Positions 16,241 to 25,511 of a stretch of DNA of 64,000 nucleotides are shown piece after piece. The notes beneath the pieces are model-generated. The model did not search any database. It was not told the DNA's origin and saw only the letters and a list, made by a program, of their open reading frames with translations. Origin of the DNA: Thermoplasmata archaeon (lineage in GTDB: Archaea; Thermoplasmatota; Thermoplasmata; GCA-020350865); contig CP070751.1 in the NCBI GenBank assembly GCA_020348445.1, forward strand, positions 2,561,767 through 2,625,766, read 5' to 3'. How positions within the stretch are numbered: position 1 is the stretch's first letter; each line of letters opens with the position of its first letter. The position numbers and the translations under genes were made by a program.

Positions 16241-17531
16241 TTAAATCTACTTCCTTGTATTGAACCTTCACATATTTACTGGGATCCACATGTGATGGTA
16301 TTGTTGCATCCAATCCCACCTTCGTGGTCTTCGTTTTCTTACCAGAATGATCCCCACTTGGATCCAATGAAGAGCCTGGTTGGTCGGTTAGCATCACAAC
16401 ATCTGTGTGGGCCTGGAATCTGGTTGCGAGGGCCCATTCCAGGGCAATGGGATCGTATATATCCACATCTACATCCACGATGGTGACATGCTTCATGCTC
16501 TTATGACCCTTCATCGCCGCCTCGATGGCCTTCTTTCCGTCATCTGCATGCTCCTTTTCAATTTGGACCACACCATGCAACCACGAGCCGCCGCCCATTG
16601 TGACGAGCACGTTCTTGCACTTGCAAACCTTGCTAACCTCATCATAAATTGTAGGCTCCTTTGGCATACCCATAAGCAATTTGTGCTCCATCCTTCCAGG
16701 AATCAGTGCCTGGTACATAGCGCCATTCCTGTGTGTTATGCAGTCCACCGCGAACACGGGCTCCTGTCTTTCAAAATCTCTTGTTTCAGTCAAATCCACA
16801 AAAGGACCTTCCCTGTCAACCTCCCTTGTTATCCTGCCCTCTAAGACTATCTCTGATTCAGCTGGAACCTCCAAATCTTTTGTTACACACTTAGTCAACT
16901 TCGTCTCCATCATTGCATTTGCAATGGATAGCTCATCCACACCTGAAGGAGGTCCCAAAGACGCTGCAACCATCACTGGAACCGAATTTCCGATGCAAAC
17001 TGCCATCTCCAAATCCCCTTCTGTCTTATCGTAGGTTGTCCTGGTCTGCCGCTTTGGTATCAAACGGGCACTGCATCTATTCTTTCCGAGCTGCATTAGT
17101 CGGTGGTAGCAGGCATTTCTGCCTGTCTCTGGATCCTTTATTATGGCAACTGTTGCTGTCGCATATTTTCCACCATCACCAGGTAGATGCATGAGAATTG
17201 GGAGCTTATCCAAATCCGGTTCCTTGTTCACCACTTCCTGACAAGGTGGATTCTCTACGATCTCAGGCTCCTTTGGATTGCGCAATGATTCAACCAACGC
17301 AAAGAGCAATTTCTCCCTTGTGGTGCCAAGACCCGTTGCTATTACATCCCTAGTTGATGTTATTCCACTGAATACTGGAAATTCATACCCCTTCACGTTC
17401 TCGAAAATAACTGGTTGCTCGCAAAGTGTGTTTATCACGTTGGCAATCTCATATTCTGTGCTCACTTCTCTTTTTATTCTAAATAACTTTCCTACTTCCT
17501 CCAGCTTATTTAAAAATTCACGCAAATTCAT
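16224..17531 (-). CDS. UbiD-family decarboxylase; anhydromevalonate phosphate decarboxylase
   Basis: L.KLPI..H..GDGG.Y.TA, N.CYHRL, EIVLEG.I, EGPF.D.T, GGGSWLHGVVQI, HKSMKHV.IVD.DVDI, EWALATRFQ, SSLDPS, K.GLDAT. Confidence 0.9.
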   Translation of the reverse strand: MNLREFLNKLEEVGKLFRIKREVSTEYEIANVINTLCEQPVIFENVKGYEFPVFSGITSTRDVIATGLGTTREKLLFALVESLRNPKEPEIVENPPCQEVVNKEPDLDKLPILMHLPGDGGKYATATVAIIKDPETGRNACYHRLMQLGKNRCSARLIPKRQTRTTYDKTEGDLEMAVCIGNSVPVMVAASLGPPSGVDELSIANAMMETKLTKCVTKDLEVPAESEIVLEGRITREVDREGPFVDLTETRDFERQEPVFAVDCITHRNGAMYQALIPGRMEHKLLMGMPKEPTIYDEVSKVCKCKNVLVTMGGGSWLHGVVQIEKEHADDGKKAIEAAMKGHKSMKHVTIVDVDVDIYDPIALEWALATRFQAHTDVVMLTDQPGSSLDPSGDHSGKKTKTTKVGLDATIPSHVDPSKYVKVQYKEVDLNDYCR

Positions 17532-17542
17532 GTTACCACTTC

Positions 17543-18472
17543 CTATACACCTATTTCTGTCCTCAGGGCTTCAAATCCCTCCTTCTCGATGGCCCTCGCA
17601 ACCCTCTCCTGTATTTCCTCGCCTGGTGTCAAAGCCACCATGTATCCACCCAAACCCCCCCCTGTCATCTTTGCACCGTATGCACCCTGCTCCCTTGCAA
17701 CCTCCACCAAAAAGTCCAGCTCTGTTGAGGACACCTCTATACTCTGTAAAAGTTCATGATTCTTATCCATTAACTTTCCCACGGTCTCAAGATCGTAGGA
17801 TACCAATGCAGATCTTGCATATTTTGCCAGTTCATTGGCTGCACCAAAGAGTCTATCGTATTTTACTGGATCTTTTTGTTTTCTGTCTCTAACACCAGCA
17901 ACAGCTTCTTTGGTGTTTGCTACGATGCCGGTATTACCCATAACTATCTCCACAGGTTGCTTTAAAGTCAATCCCTCCATAATATTGGGTACACCTTTCT
18001 TGAACCATATAAGACCACCGAAAGTTGCTACGGTGTTGTCTATCCCTGATGGAGTACCATGATACCCCTTCTCGCCTTCAAATGCGATCTCGTTGATCTT
18101 CTCATCCAAAAATCCCAGTTTGAATTCTGCAGATAGTGCCCTTGCAATGGCGGCGCAAGAAGCAGCACTTGCTCCAACCCCACTTGCTGCCTTCAGGTCC
18201 CCCACAAGATAGATATTGATAGGGGTTTGATTCACATCGATTGCAGCGGCCTTAAGAATCCTTTCAATTGAATCTCTCTGATGCTCCATCTTCTCCTTTT
18301 TATATCCTGGTGTTGCAGGTCTATCATCATCTAAGGACCATCCCTGGCCTTCGATTTGCTCTACCTTTGCAATGGTTTTTGAACCTATTGCAGATGCTAT
18401 GGCTGGTATACCATACACCACAAAGTGCTCGTTAAATAAAATCACCTTACCATATCCTGAACCTTCACCCAT
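17543..18472 (-). CDS. mvk: Mevalonate kinase (GHMP family)
   Basis: GKVILFNEHFVVYG.PAIA, SGVGASAA, GEKGYHGTPSGIDN, YGAKMTGGGLGG. Confidence 0.92.
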   Translation of the reverse strand: MGEGSGYGKVILFNEHFVVYGIPAIASAIGSKTIAKVEQIEGQGWSLDDDRPATPGYKKEKMEHQRDSIERILKAAAIDVNQTPINIYLVGDLKAASGVGASAASCAAIARALSAEFKLGFLDEKINEIAFEGEKGYHGTPSGIDNTVATFGGLIWFKKGVPNIMEGLTLKQPVEIVMGNTGIVANTKEAVAGVRDRKQKDPVKYDRLFGAANELAKYARSALVSYDLETVGKLMDKNHELLQSIEVSSTELDFLVEVAREQGAYGAKMTGGGLGGYMVALTPGEEIQERVARAIEKEGFEALRTEIGV

Positions 18473-18662
18473 GGGATTACCCCCCAGAACTTTTATTTAA
18501 TCAAATTTCAACTACACTAAAGAACCTGTTTTCTTATCCAGGTTTCGTAATATATTATGAATATATTAAGATTGTGTCCGTCATTTGTCGATAAAACTGG
18601 ACTATATTCTGGATTCATTAAATCAAAACTTATAAAACCATTAAAACACAATCCACACTTCA

Positions 18663-19748
18663 ATGCAAATCAAGAAATTGGAGAAGGGCTCCAAATACAC
18701 TGGTGAACTTCCTGAGGGCTGCAAGTTCTGCAGACAGGGAAGAAAGATGGTTATGTTGGTAACAGGCCTTTGCAAACTATCATGTTTCTACTGTCCTCTT
18801 TCTGCCAAGAAAAAGGGCAATGATGTAATCTACGCAAACGAGAAAAATGTGGAATCGGACGAGGATGTGATTTATGAGGCAAAAACCATAGATGCCCTTG
18901 GAACTGGAATAACTGGTGGGGATCCTCTTGAGGTTCTCGATCGGACATTACATTACATAAAAATCCTGAAAAACGAATTTGGGGATGATCACCATATTCA
19001 CCTTTACACTGGCTACACATCCGACTCAAAAACCTTAGTCAAACTCCAAAATACAGGTCTTAACGAGATCAGGTTTCATATCCCATTCAATTTCTGGACC
19101 AAATTCCAAGACTCCAAATATGAAAATACAATTAATGAAGCCCTGAAAACCAACATGACTGTTGGGGTGGAGCTTCCTGCACTTCCAGATCTAAAGGAGG
19201 AATTGATAGCCCTCACACTCCAACTGGATAACCTGGGTGTGCATTTTCTCAATCTTAACGAGCTGGAATACTCTGAGACAAACTGGGAAGAGCTGATAGG
19301 GAGGCATTATGAAATCAGGCATGAGACATCAAATGCCATAAAAGGCAGCCAGTGGGTGGCAGATGATATCTTAAAAAGGCTTGATACAACAATGGCACTG
19401 CACTATTGTTCGTCCAGATTCAAAGACGGCGTTCAGTTGAAGCGAAGGATAAAAAGAAGGGCCAAGAACACGAAACGTGAAAGCGATATTGTAACTGAAG
19501 AAGGGCTTTTTATCAAAGGTATTGTAGAATGTGACGATCTCGGGGGAGTTTACGAACAACTTAAGGAGAGGTTCAAGATTCCAGGTGAACTCATTTATAT
19601 CGACAAAGAAAAAGAAAGATTGGAAATCGCACCTTGGATCCTCGAAGATATCCACGAAAAGATCGATTACCCCTGTTTTATAGTGGAGGAATACCCCACA
19701 GCGGACAGGCTGGAGGTGGAGAGAAGGCCCCTAAAATGGCCACCATAA
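18663..19748 (+). CDS. Radical SAM protein, conserved archaeal family
   Basis: VTGLCKLSCFYCP (CxxxCxxC), ITGGDP, HLYT, EIRFH, FLNLNELE, LEVER C-terminus. Confidence 0.85.
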   Translation: MQIKKLEKGSKYTGELPEGCKFCRQGRKMVMLVTGLCKLSCFYCPLSAKKKGNDVIYANEKNVESDEDVIYEAKTIDALGTGITGGDPLEVLDRTLHYIKILKNEFGDDHHIHLYTGYTSDSKTLVKLQNTGLNEIRFHIPFNFWTKFQDSKYENTINEALKTNMTVGVELPALPDLKEELIALTLQLDNLGVHFLNLNELEYSETNWEELIGRHYEIRHETSNAIKGSQWVADDILKRLDTTMALHYCSSRFKDGVQLKRRIKRRAKNTKRESDIVTEEGLFIKGIVECDDLGGVYEQLKERFKIPGELIYIDKEKERLEIAPWILEDIHEKIDYPCFIVEEYPTADRLEVERRPLKWPP

Positions 19749-19810
19749 AATACGTACTATATTGGGATAAGGTGTCAACCAGTCAAAAATTAATAATCTT
19801 TTTAGAAATT

Positions 19811-19970
19811 GGAGGAAGGGCGGGTGGAGGGGGATAGGAGGTGGGAAGAGGGAAAGGGAAAAGAGTAAGAAAATGGAGAGAAGAGGGTGGGTGGAGGAAG
19901 ACAGGGGGTAGGAAGAGGGAAAGGGAAAAGAGTGAGAAAATGGAGAGAAGGGGGCAGGTGGAAGGGGAAG
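19811..19970 (+). repeat. Polypurine tract containing a 40-bp direct repeat (period 67)
   Basis: 146 of 160 nt are A/G (counted). GGAAGAGGGAAAGGGAAAAGAGT(A/G)AGAAAATGGAGAGAAG at 19844-19883 and 19911-19950. Confidence 0.9.
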
Positions 19971-20087
19971 GATGACAGAAATTTGGTAATAGGGAAGAGA
20001 GAAGGAGCATACTACATCTCTTTCTTGGGAACAGAAAAACTATTTTACTGCTATTGGGTATATATGTCCCTTTGGATGGTTGTATTT

Positions 20088-22172
20088 ATGAAAGGCAGCA
20101 TAAAAAAATGGGCGTTGATTTTGTTTACATCCTTTGCTCTTGTCACCTTTGATACTATAAGTTTAATAATCGAATTATCAATGACAAGCCAGGGGGATAT
20201 TATTGGGGATTTTCCCCCCTCTGATGATAGTGAATGGATTATCACCCAAGACACTTATGTTTCAAATGAAAATATCACACTACATGGGAATATAATCATC
20301 AATGATGGAGGCATCCTTACATTGGATAATACAGTCTTAAATATCAACGCTAGTAACTATGGAAACGCCATGATTGATGTGAAAAATGGCGGTGAGCTGA
20401 ACATAATCAATGATTCCAGGATCAATCAGGGCCAAACCAAGATTAACTACGATTTCTGGTTTGAAAATGGAAGTGTTGGATTAATTCAAAACAGTACCAT
20501 TAGGGACTGCGGCTGGGATGACGGACAAACAGGCCAGAGCTCCAATGGGATTTTGATTGAATCAAATGACGTGATAATAGAGAATTCCACGCTCACCAAA
20601 AACTACATAGGGATAGTGGCTCTCAGATCATCTCCTATAATAAACAACAACTTGATCCAGGATAACAGGCTCTACGGTGTGATTCTGATAAATAGCTCAG
20701 CACAGCTTACTGGCAATTACATCTCAATCAATCCTGTTGGTGTAATCTCCTATTTCTCTGAGCCCACTCTTTTAGACAATGAGATTGTTGATTGCGGGGA
20801 TGGGGCAAGGTTCTATTTCTCACATATTCATATTAGCGGTGGTAAGGTATCATCCAACAGCCCAAACGACTGCAGTACGGGAGCATGCAGTGCCGAAGAG
20901 AGCGGAAAAGGTATATATGTAAGTGCCTCGAACCTGTCAGTTAAGAATGTGAACATATCAGAGAACAGCGGTGGTATAATTGCCATTTACTCGAGTCTCG
21001 ATGTTCGCAGTTCATTATTCTTGAATAATTATGATGATGGTATCATGGGAGAATACTCTGAAATCGTTCTCCTAAACAATATTTTCACAAGCAATGAGGA
21101 CTACGCCATAAGATGGAGATACACTACTTTTTCAGTTGATGAAACAAATGAATTCATTCAGAATGACGGCCTTGGCAGGGCAATTGTGGAATGGGGAGTA
21201 CAAATCAATGTAACAGACAGCTATGGTGATAAGGTTGCCGGCGCAAATGTGCAATTGGATAATGATGGTGATTCTGACATATCACAGACCACAGATCCCT
21301 CGGGAATTGTATTTGTAGAAGTCCCTGAATATGAAATTTCCAACGACGGCACCCCTAAAAATTACAATCCTTTTACTGTAACTGCATCCAAAACCGCGCC
21401 CTGGGACGGCGTGACTTACAGTAATTCTACACAAATCGAAGTAAAAGATAATTATGCCACAGACCTGAGAATCCCCCTTGTAAAACCCGATCTAAAGGTT
21501 GAGGAAATTGGTTTTTCTGAGGACCCAAGAGTTGAGGACGAGGTGAAGATAAAGGTTATAATATCGAACATAGGAGAAGCAAGAGCCAATAATTTCATGG
21601 TAATAATCTCACAAAAGAATCCCCTTAACAAAACCTTCGTTATCCACAACACTACCATATCTCTTGATCCCAACAACTCCACCGAGATTTCAGTCTCCTG
21701 GACACCGGAAACTGAAGGCGATTCCATTATAAAGGTAAAAATTCAGACCAGTTATGACGAGAAAGATAAGGCCAACAACTTACTTGAGAAAAACGTAAAT
21801 GTTAAGGAGAAAGCCCTTTTATTTTACGAAGAGCCATATTTTATGGCGACTCTCGTATCTATATTGATTATTTTATTAGGAATAGCAATCTATACCCGTA
21901 CTTTGAAGAAAAAAGAGGTGGGGGAAGGAGAGGAACCTTATGATGGTGACAAAGGAGAATTCGAAAGCGGGGAAACCGAGGATCATTATGAGGATGAAGA
22001 AGGCGGAATGAAAAGTGGGGAATCTGAGGTTCATCATGAGGGTGAAAAAGGAGGACTCGAAAGTGGGGATTCTGAGGAACATTTTGGTGGTGAAGAAGGC
22101 TTAATTAAGGATGAAAAAGCAAAAGTTCAAAATGAAGGTGAGGATGTTAAACACGTTGAGAGGGAAGGTTAA
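20088..22172 (+). CDS. Membrane-anchored parallel beta-helix (NosD-like) + CARDB protein with a 16-aa-repeat acidic tail
   Basis: Signal-like N-terminus, repeated I.N..I..N..G.. beta-helix turns, KPDL.VEEI.F..(CARDB), TM FMATLVSILIILLGIAIY. Start 20088 is preferred; the track's 19887 start runs through the purine tract. Confidence 0.8.
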   Translation: MKGSIKKWALILFTSFALVTFDTISLIIELSMTSQGDIIGDFPPSDDSEWIITQDTYVSNENITLHGNIIINDGGILTLDNTVLNINASNYGNAMIDVKNGGELNIINDSRINQGQTKINYDFWFENGSVGLIQNSTIRDCGWDDGQTGQSSNGILIESNDVIIENSTLTKNYIGIVALRSSPIINNNLIQDNRLYGVILINSSAQLTGNYISINPVGVISYFSEPTLLDNEIVDCGDGARFYFSHIHISGGKVSSNSPNDCSTGACSAEESGKGIYVSASNLSVKNVNISENSGGIIAIYSSLDVRSSLFLNNYDDGIMGEYSEIVLLNNIFTSNEDYAIRWRYTTFSVDETNEFIQNDGLGRAIVEWGVQINVTDSYGDKVAGANVQLDNDGDSDISQTTDPSGIVFVEVPEYEISNDGTPKNYNPFTVTASKTAPWDGVTYSNSTQIEVKDNYATDLRIPLVKPDLKVEEIGFSEDPRVEDEVKIKVIISNIGEARANNFMVIISQKNPLNKTFVIHNTTISLDPNNSTEISVSWTPETEGDSIIKVKIQTSYDEKDKANNLLEKNVNVKEKALLFYEEPYFMATLVSILIILLGIAIYTRTLKKKEVGEGEEPYDGDKGEFESGETEDHYEDEEGGMKSGESEVHHEGEKGGLESGDSEEHFGGEEGLIKDEKAKVQNEGEDVKHVEREG

Positions 22173-22193
22173 AATTAACTATTTTATCTAATT

Positions 22194-24209
22194 CTACTGG
22201 TCTTCAGCACCGTTGTGCCATGGATCGTAACTATTTGCGCCCGGACTGTTTTGGGAGGGCATAAAGGCTGGATCTCCGTAACAAACGAACATTGAAACCT
22301 CTTTCCAATCCACTGATGTACCCTGATCAAATGGAGAGGTCTGGGAGGCTTTATTTGGATTGTTGATGTACCTGTTCTCTGCCCATTGATGGGCCTTTCC
22401 AATTGTACCATATTCCTCTTCATGGTTGATTAAGCCGTCCAATGGGAAAGCGTACCAGCAGTTGTTGTTGTCCCACTGGTGATTGTCTTCCTCAAAAATA
22501 AATCCCATTGCATACTCACCTATAAGCGAATCTTTATCCTGAGCTAATTTGCTGTAACTTACCTCGGTGGCGGCAATTAGGCCCACACCACCCGAATAAA
22601 AATAATTGGTGACCCAGAGCATCTCCATATCCAGAACGCCGCCCCACCAGTGGGTTCCCTGGATTTTGGCATTTTCGCAGCATACACTCACAAATACCTG
22701 GGGAGGTAGATAATAATCATATACGCTGTCGGGATGGGTATCATCATGGCCCTCCAACCTTGATTTCCCCTGTGGATCTTCTGCTTCTTCCGGTTCCCAT
22801 ACATAGAAGGTGGCATGCCAGCTACCATGGCCTCTGTATGCCATTATGCTGCTTGATTCAACAATTGGTTTCATCTCAGTCTCTTTCAAAGTCTCTGTGG
22901 CTGAACTGGGATTTTGGACACTTCCCCAAATACCTTCGTTGCCTGTGGTCCTCATGTATTCTGCAACAAAACCCTCATCTTTGAAATCCTCAACTGCGAA
23001 CTTGCCAGGTGTCATCTGCCCTCTTTGATCCGCGACCTCGAAGCCGTTCCATGCAGAGGCGTGGTTTCTCCAGTTTACTATCTGGGTTCCCGAATATGAA
23101 TATGATACCTCTACCTCGTCTACTATCAAGTCATAGGCAAAGGTCCTAGCAATTTGATTGGATGCTCCTTGGACGTTCTTGTTTATTATCCTGCCAACTG
23201 CGGAGTCCATGAAGTACTTGTCGTCACCCAGAAAACCATAAATAGCGTCGCATTCAACTATATGGTCCCCTTCTACAGAGGCTGGATCTGAACTTGATTC
23301 GTCAGGCAGCTTGAACTGGGGAACAGCCTCAGCACTTCCAACTAGACAGATGTACTCTGTAGGACCATATTCCTGGTACACTTCCTTCAACTTGAGATAG
23401 AGACCTATTGCCCTGGAATTTACCTCGGTATCCATGTATCCAATTTCTTCGAAACTGGGCTCGTAATGGGTAAGAACATAGGCCTGATGAAAGGCAGCCA
23501 TCTCTGCAGCCACAGCAGACAAACTGGGGATATGGAATGTTGCATTAAAAGGTGTCCCCTCTGAGGGCTCACCATCATCTTTATAACTTGTGCCCTCTGA
23601 ATAGAATATGTCTGTAAGATAATCCTCGGGATTTGTAACGATAACATAATTTGCATCCACGCCTTTGCTTGCCAGCTCGCCCCATACATCCTCCTGATAT
23701 TTGTAGGTGGATTTACCCATGGTGATCATCTTATTCTCAACATTCGCCAAAGGAGCTACCCAAAGTGCTTCCTCGTAGGAGCCAACACTGATTGTACCGT
23801 CAAATCCCTTGAAGTCCATTAGAACATAATTAGTTCTTTCGTAAACCTCCACGTTGTCCAGTTGGTTGGAGACGGCAGACGAAACACCCTCTGAATTTGT
23901 AAAAAGTAGCTTTGGCACATCCTTGATTGTCATGTGCTCTATTGTCCACAGCTGACGGTCATCTAGACCCTCCTCTCCTATTATGAACATGGGATTGTAG
24001 TTATCGCGTACAACCAGTGAGGACAAAGCTGCAATGAACATCAAATCCTCCTCGTTTTGGGGCTCATCCACAAGTACCATGTATTGGGAAGGAAGATCCA
24101 CTGTGGGAATATGCCTCTTTTTTTCCTCCTCGCCCATTAACAGGTAGGCTAATATTGCAATGAGCAATAACGAGGTGACCACACCTGCGAAAACCTTCTT
24201 TCTGTCCAT
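22194..24209 (-). CDS. Peptidase C25 (gingipain-like) with N-terminal membrane anchor
   Basis: YICLVGSAEAVP, D..YG.L, AVGRI, YRGHG (catalytic His) and SVCCEN (catalytic Cys), YGDP at the C-terminus. Confidence 0.8.
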   Translation of the reverse strand: MDRKKVFAGVVTSLLLIAILAYLLMGEEEKKRHIPTVDLPSQYMVLVDEPQNEEDLMFIAALSSLVVRDNYNPMFIIGEEGLDDRQLWTIEHMTIKDVPKLLFTNSEGVSSAVSNQLDNVEVYERTNYVLMDFKGFDGTISVGSYEEALWVAPLANVENKMITMGKSTYKYQEDVWGELASKGVDANYVIVTNPEDYLTDIFYSEGTSYKDDGEPSEGTPFNATFHIPSLSAVAAEMAAFHQAYVLTHYEPSFEEIGYMDTEVNSRAIGLYLKLKEVYQEYGPTEYICLVGSAEAVPQFKLPDESSSDPASVEGDHIVECDAIYGFLGDDKYFMDSAVGRIINKNVQGASNQIARTFAYDLIVDEVEVSYSYSGTQIVNWRNHASAWNGFEVADQRGQMTPGKFAVEDFKDEGFVAEYMRTTGNEGIWGSVQNPSSATETLKETEMKPIVESSSIMAYRGHGSWHATFYVWEPEEAEDPQGKSRLEGHDDTHPDSVYDYYLPPQVFVSVCCENAKIQGTHWWGGVLDMEMLWVTNYFYSGGVGLIAATEVSYSKLAQDKDSLIGEYAMGFIFEEDNHQWDNNNCWYAFPLDGLINHEEEYGTIGKAHQWAENRYINNPNKASQTSPFDQGTSVDWKEVSMFVCYGDPAFMPSQNSPGANSYDPWHNGAEDQ

Positions 24210-24318
24210 TTTATCACCGGGCTTGATTCTGGCTGATGCTGGATATATTCGTCAAACCTATTAATGCTCTTGTAAATATATAAATATAACTATTTACAGG
24301 CAAATTTGGGCTATGCCT

Positions 24319-24867
24319 TCATCTTGCCACAAAAATATGATATTTCTGATGGGCATCTGAAAGTTCCAGCTCTATTCTCTTGGCCAGATGCTTTTCAGGA
24401 TGATGCATTGTACTTACTCTCTCCTCCAAGTCATCGAAACTCTTAAACGGGCCCTTTTTTCTCTCTTCGATGATGGCCCACATGGTTTTTTTGCCAAGAC
24501 CTGGTATCAGCTCAAGCATGTGCAGTCGTGTCGTGACAGCCTGGGCCTCGTTGTACACCTTTAAAAACCTCTCTGGATCGGCTTTGATGATCTCCAGGAG
24601 AATAAAGGGTAATTCGCTATGGGCTGCATTTGTCAAATCGTTGTATCCGATTCTCCTTTTTACATGGAGTATCTTGTGCCTTTTTTTGGCGTCCTTACCA
24701 ATGTATACCTTTTCACCCACCTGAAGCGTGACATCGGGTTTTGGGCTCAGTTCAAGGAGTTTGAATTGGTAGTTACCGATACCGTATGCCACAGGTCCTC
24801 TTTTATATCTCTTCTCATCAGGCAGTCCTTGTGGTAAGTAATCCAAAATATATGCATAATCCTCCAA
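24319..24867 (-). CDS. DUF655 nucleic-acid-binding HhH protein
   Basis: EDYAYILDYLP.G, P.A..IG...F.LLEL, RI.Y..LT..A..EL, RLH.LELIPGLGKK, F.SF.D...RV; canonical position after rpo4. Confidence 0.9.
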   Translation of the reverse strand: MEDYAYILDYLPQGLPDEKRYKRGPVAYGIGNYQFKLLELSPKPDVTLQVGEKVYIGKDAKKRHKILHVKRRIGYNDLTNAAHSELPFILLEIIKADPERFLKVYNEAQAVTTRLHMLELIPGLGKKTMWAIIEERKKGPFKSFDDLEERVSTMHHPEKHLAKRIELELSDAHQKYHIFVAR

Positions 24868-24879
24868 TGCACTTCCCCC

Positions 24880-25203
24880 TCACCGATATTTTTCCACAAT
24901 ATCCAGGATCTTCTTAATCTCTTTATCCTCTAAAGTGAATCTTTCCTTTGCAAATATTGCCCGTACTTCCTCTGGGTGCATTGGGAGAATATCCACGATC
25001 TTATAGGCGAAAGGTTCGGTTATTCTCTCGATTTCTAGTAGCTCTTTGGCCATCTGTTTCGTTTTCGTTACTCCGATTTGTGCAAAATGCTTGGCATGTT
25101 CCAAGGCCAGTTTTTGCTCATAGGTGAGCTCCCTTTTCTTCTGCTCCTTTTCTAGAAGATTTTTGACCTCGGATAATGATACGTACCTGACCTCTTCTTC
25201 CAC
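24880..25203 (-). CDS. rpo4: RNA polymerase subunit Rpo4 (RpoF)
   Basis: YVSLSEVK.LL, LTYEQ..ALEHA..F, KIVDILP....EVRAIFAKER; synteny with rpl21e and DUF655. Confidence 0.93.
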   Translation of the reverse strand: MEEEVRYVSLSEVKNLLEKEQKKRELTYEQKLALEHAKHFAQIGVTKTKQMAKELLEIERITEPFAYKIVDILPMHPEEVRAIFAKERFTLEDKEIKKILDIVEKYR

Positions 25204-25212
25204 AAAATCACC

Positions 25213-25509
25213 TTATGCCAACTGTTTTCTTAGATGTTCAGGCCTTACAATCAGGGTCTTTTTTTTATTGCCGCATTTCACATCCAACAGGTAAGCTTCT
25301 CCCTGTTTTCCAACGATGGTGCCTGTTAATCCATAGAACCTTCTGTGTGGCTGACCCTTATGTATGCTGGGATCGATTATTATACTGGCCTTCTCCCCCT
25401 CTTCGAAGGTCTGTAGTATTCTAGTGGTTGGGGGTTGCCCCCTTTCTCTGGGCCTCTTTCTGAGTACCTGTCTTGTTTTCGAGCGTGTGCCCTTGGATCT
25501 TCTCACCAT
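25213..25509 (-). CDS. rpl21e: 50S ribosomal protein L21e
   Basis: RSKG.R..TR..L.K..RE.G, F..G.K..I.IDPS.HKG.PH.RF.G.TG, K.L...PEHL. Confidence 0.96.
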   Translation of the reverse strand: MVRRSKGTRSKTRQVLRKRPRERGQPPTTRILQTFEEGEKASIIIDPSIHKGQPHRRFYGLTGTIVGKQGEAYLLDVKCGNKKKTLIVRPEHLRKQLA

Positions 25510-25511
25510 TT

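Noticed and set aside
18548-18568. TAATATATT-N3-AATATATTA palindrome upstream of the mevalonate operon
   Set aside because: Purely A/T in an AT-rich promoter region; no second copy noticed.
19844-19950. CRISPR array
   Set aside because: Only two purine-only copies, a spacer of the same low complexity, and no cas genes.
19783-20087. ORF 19783-20010 (-) and the 19887 start of the beta-helix gene
   Set aside because: Low-complexity translations of the polypurine tract.
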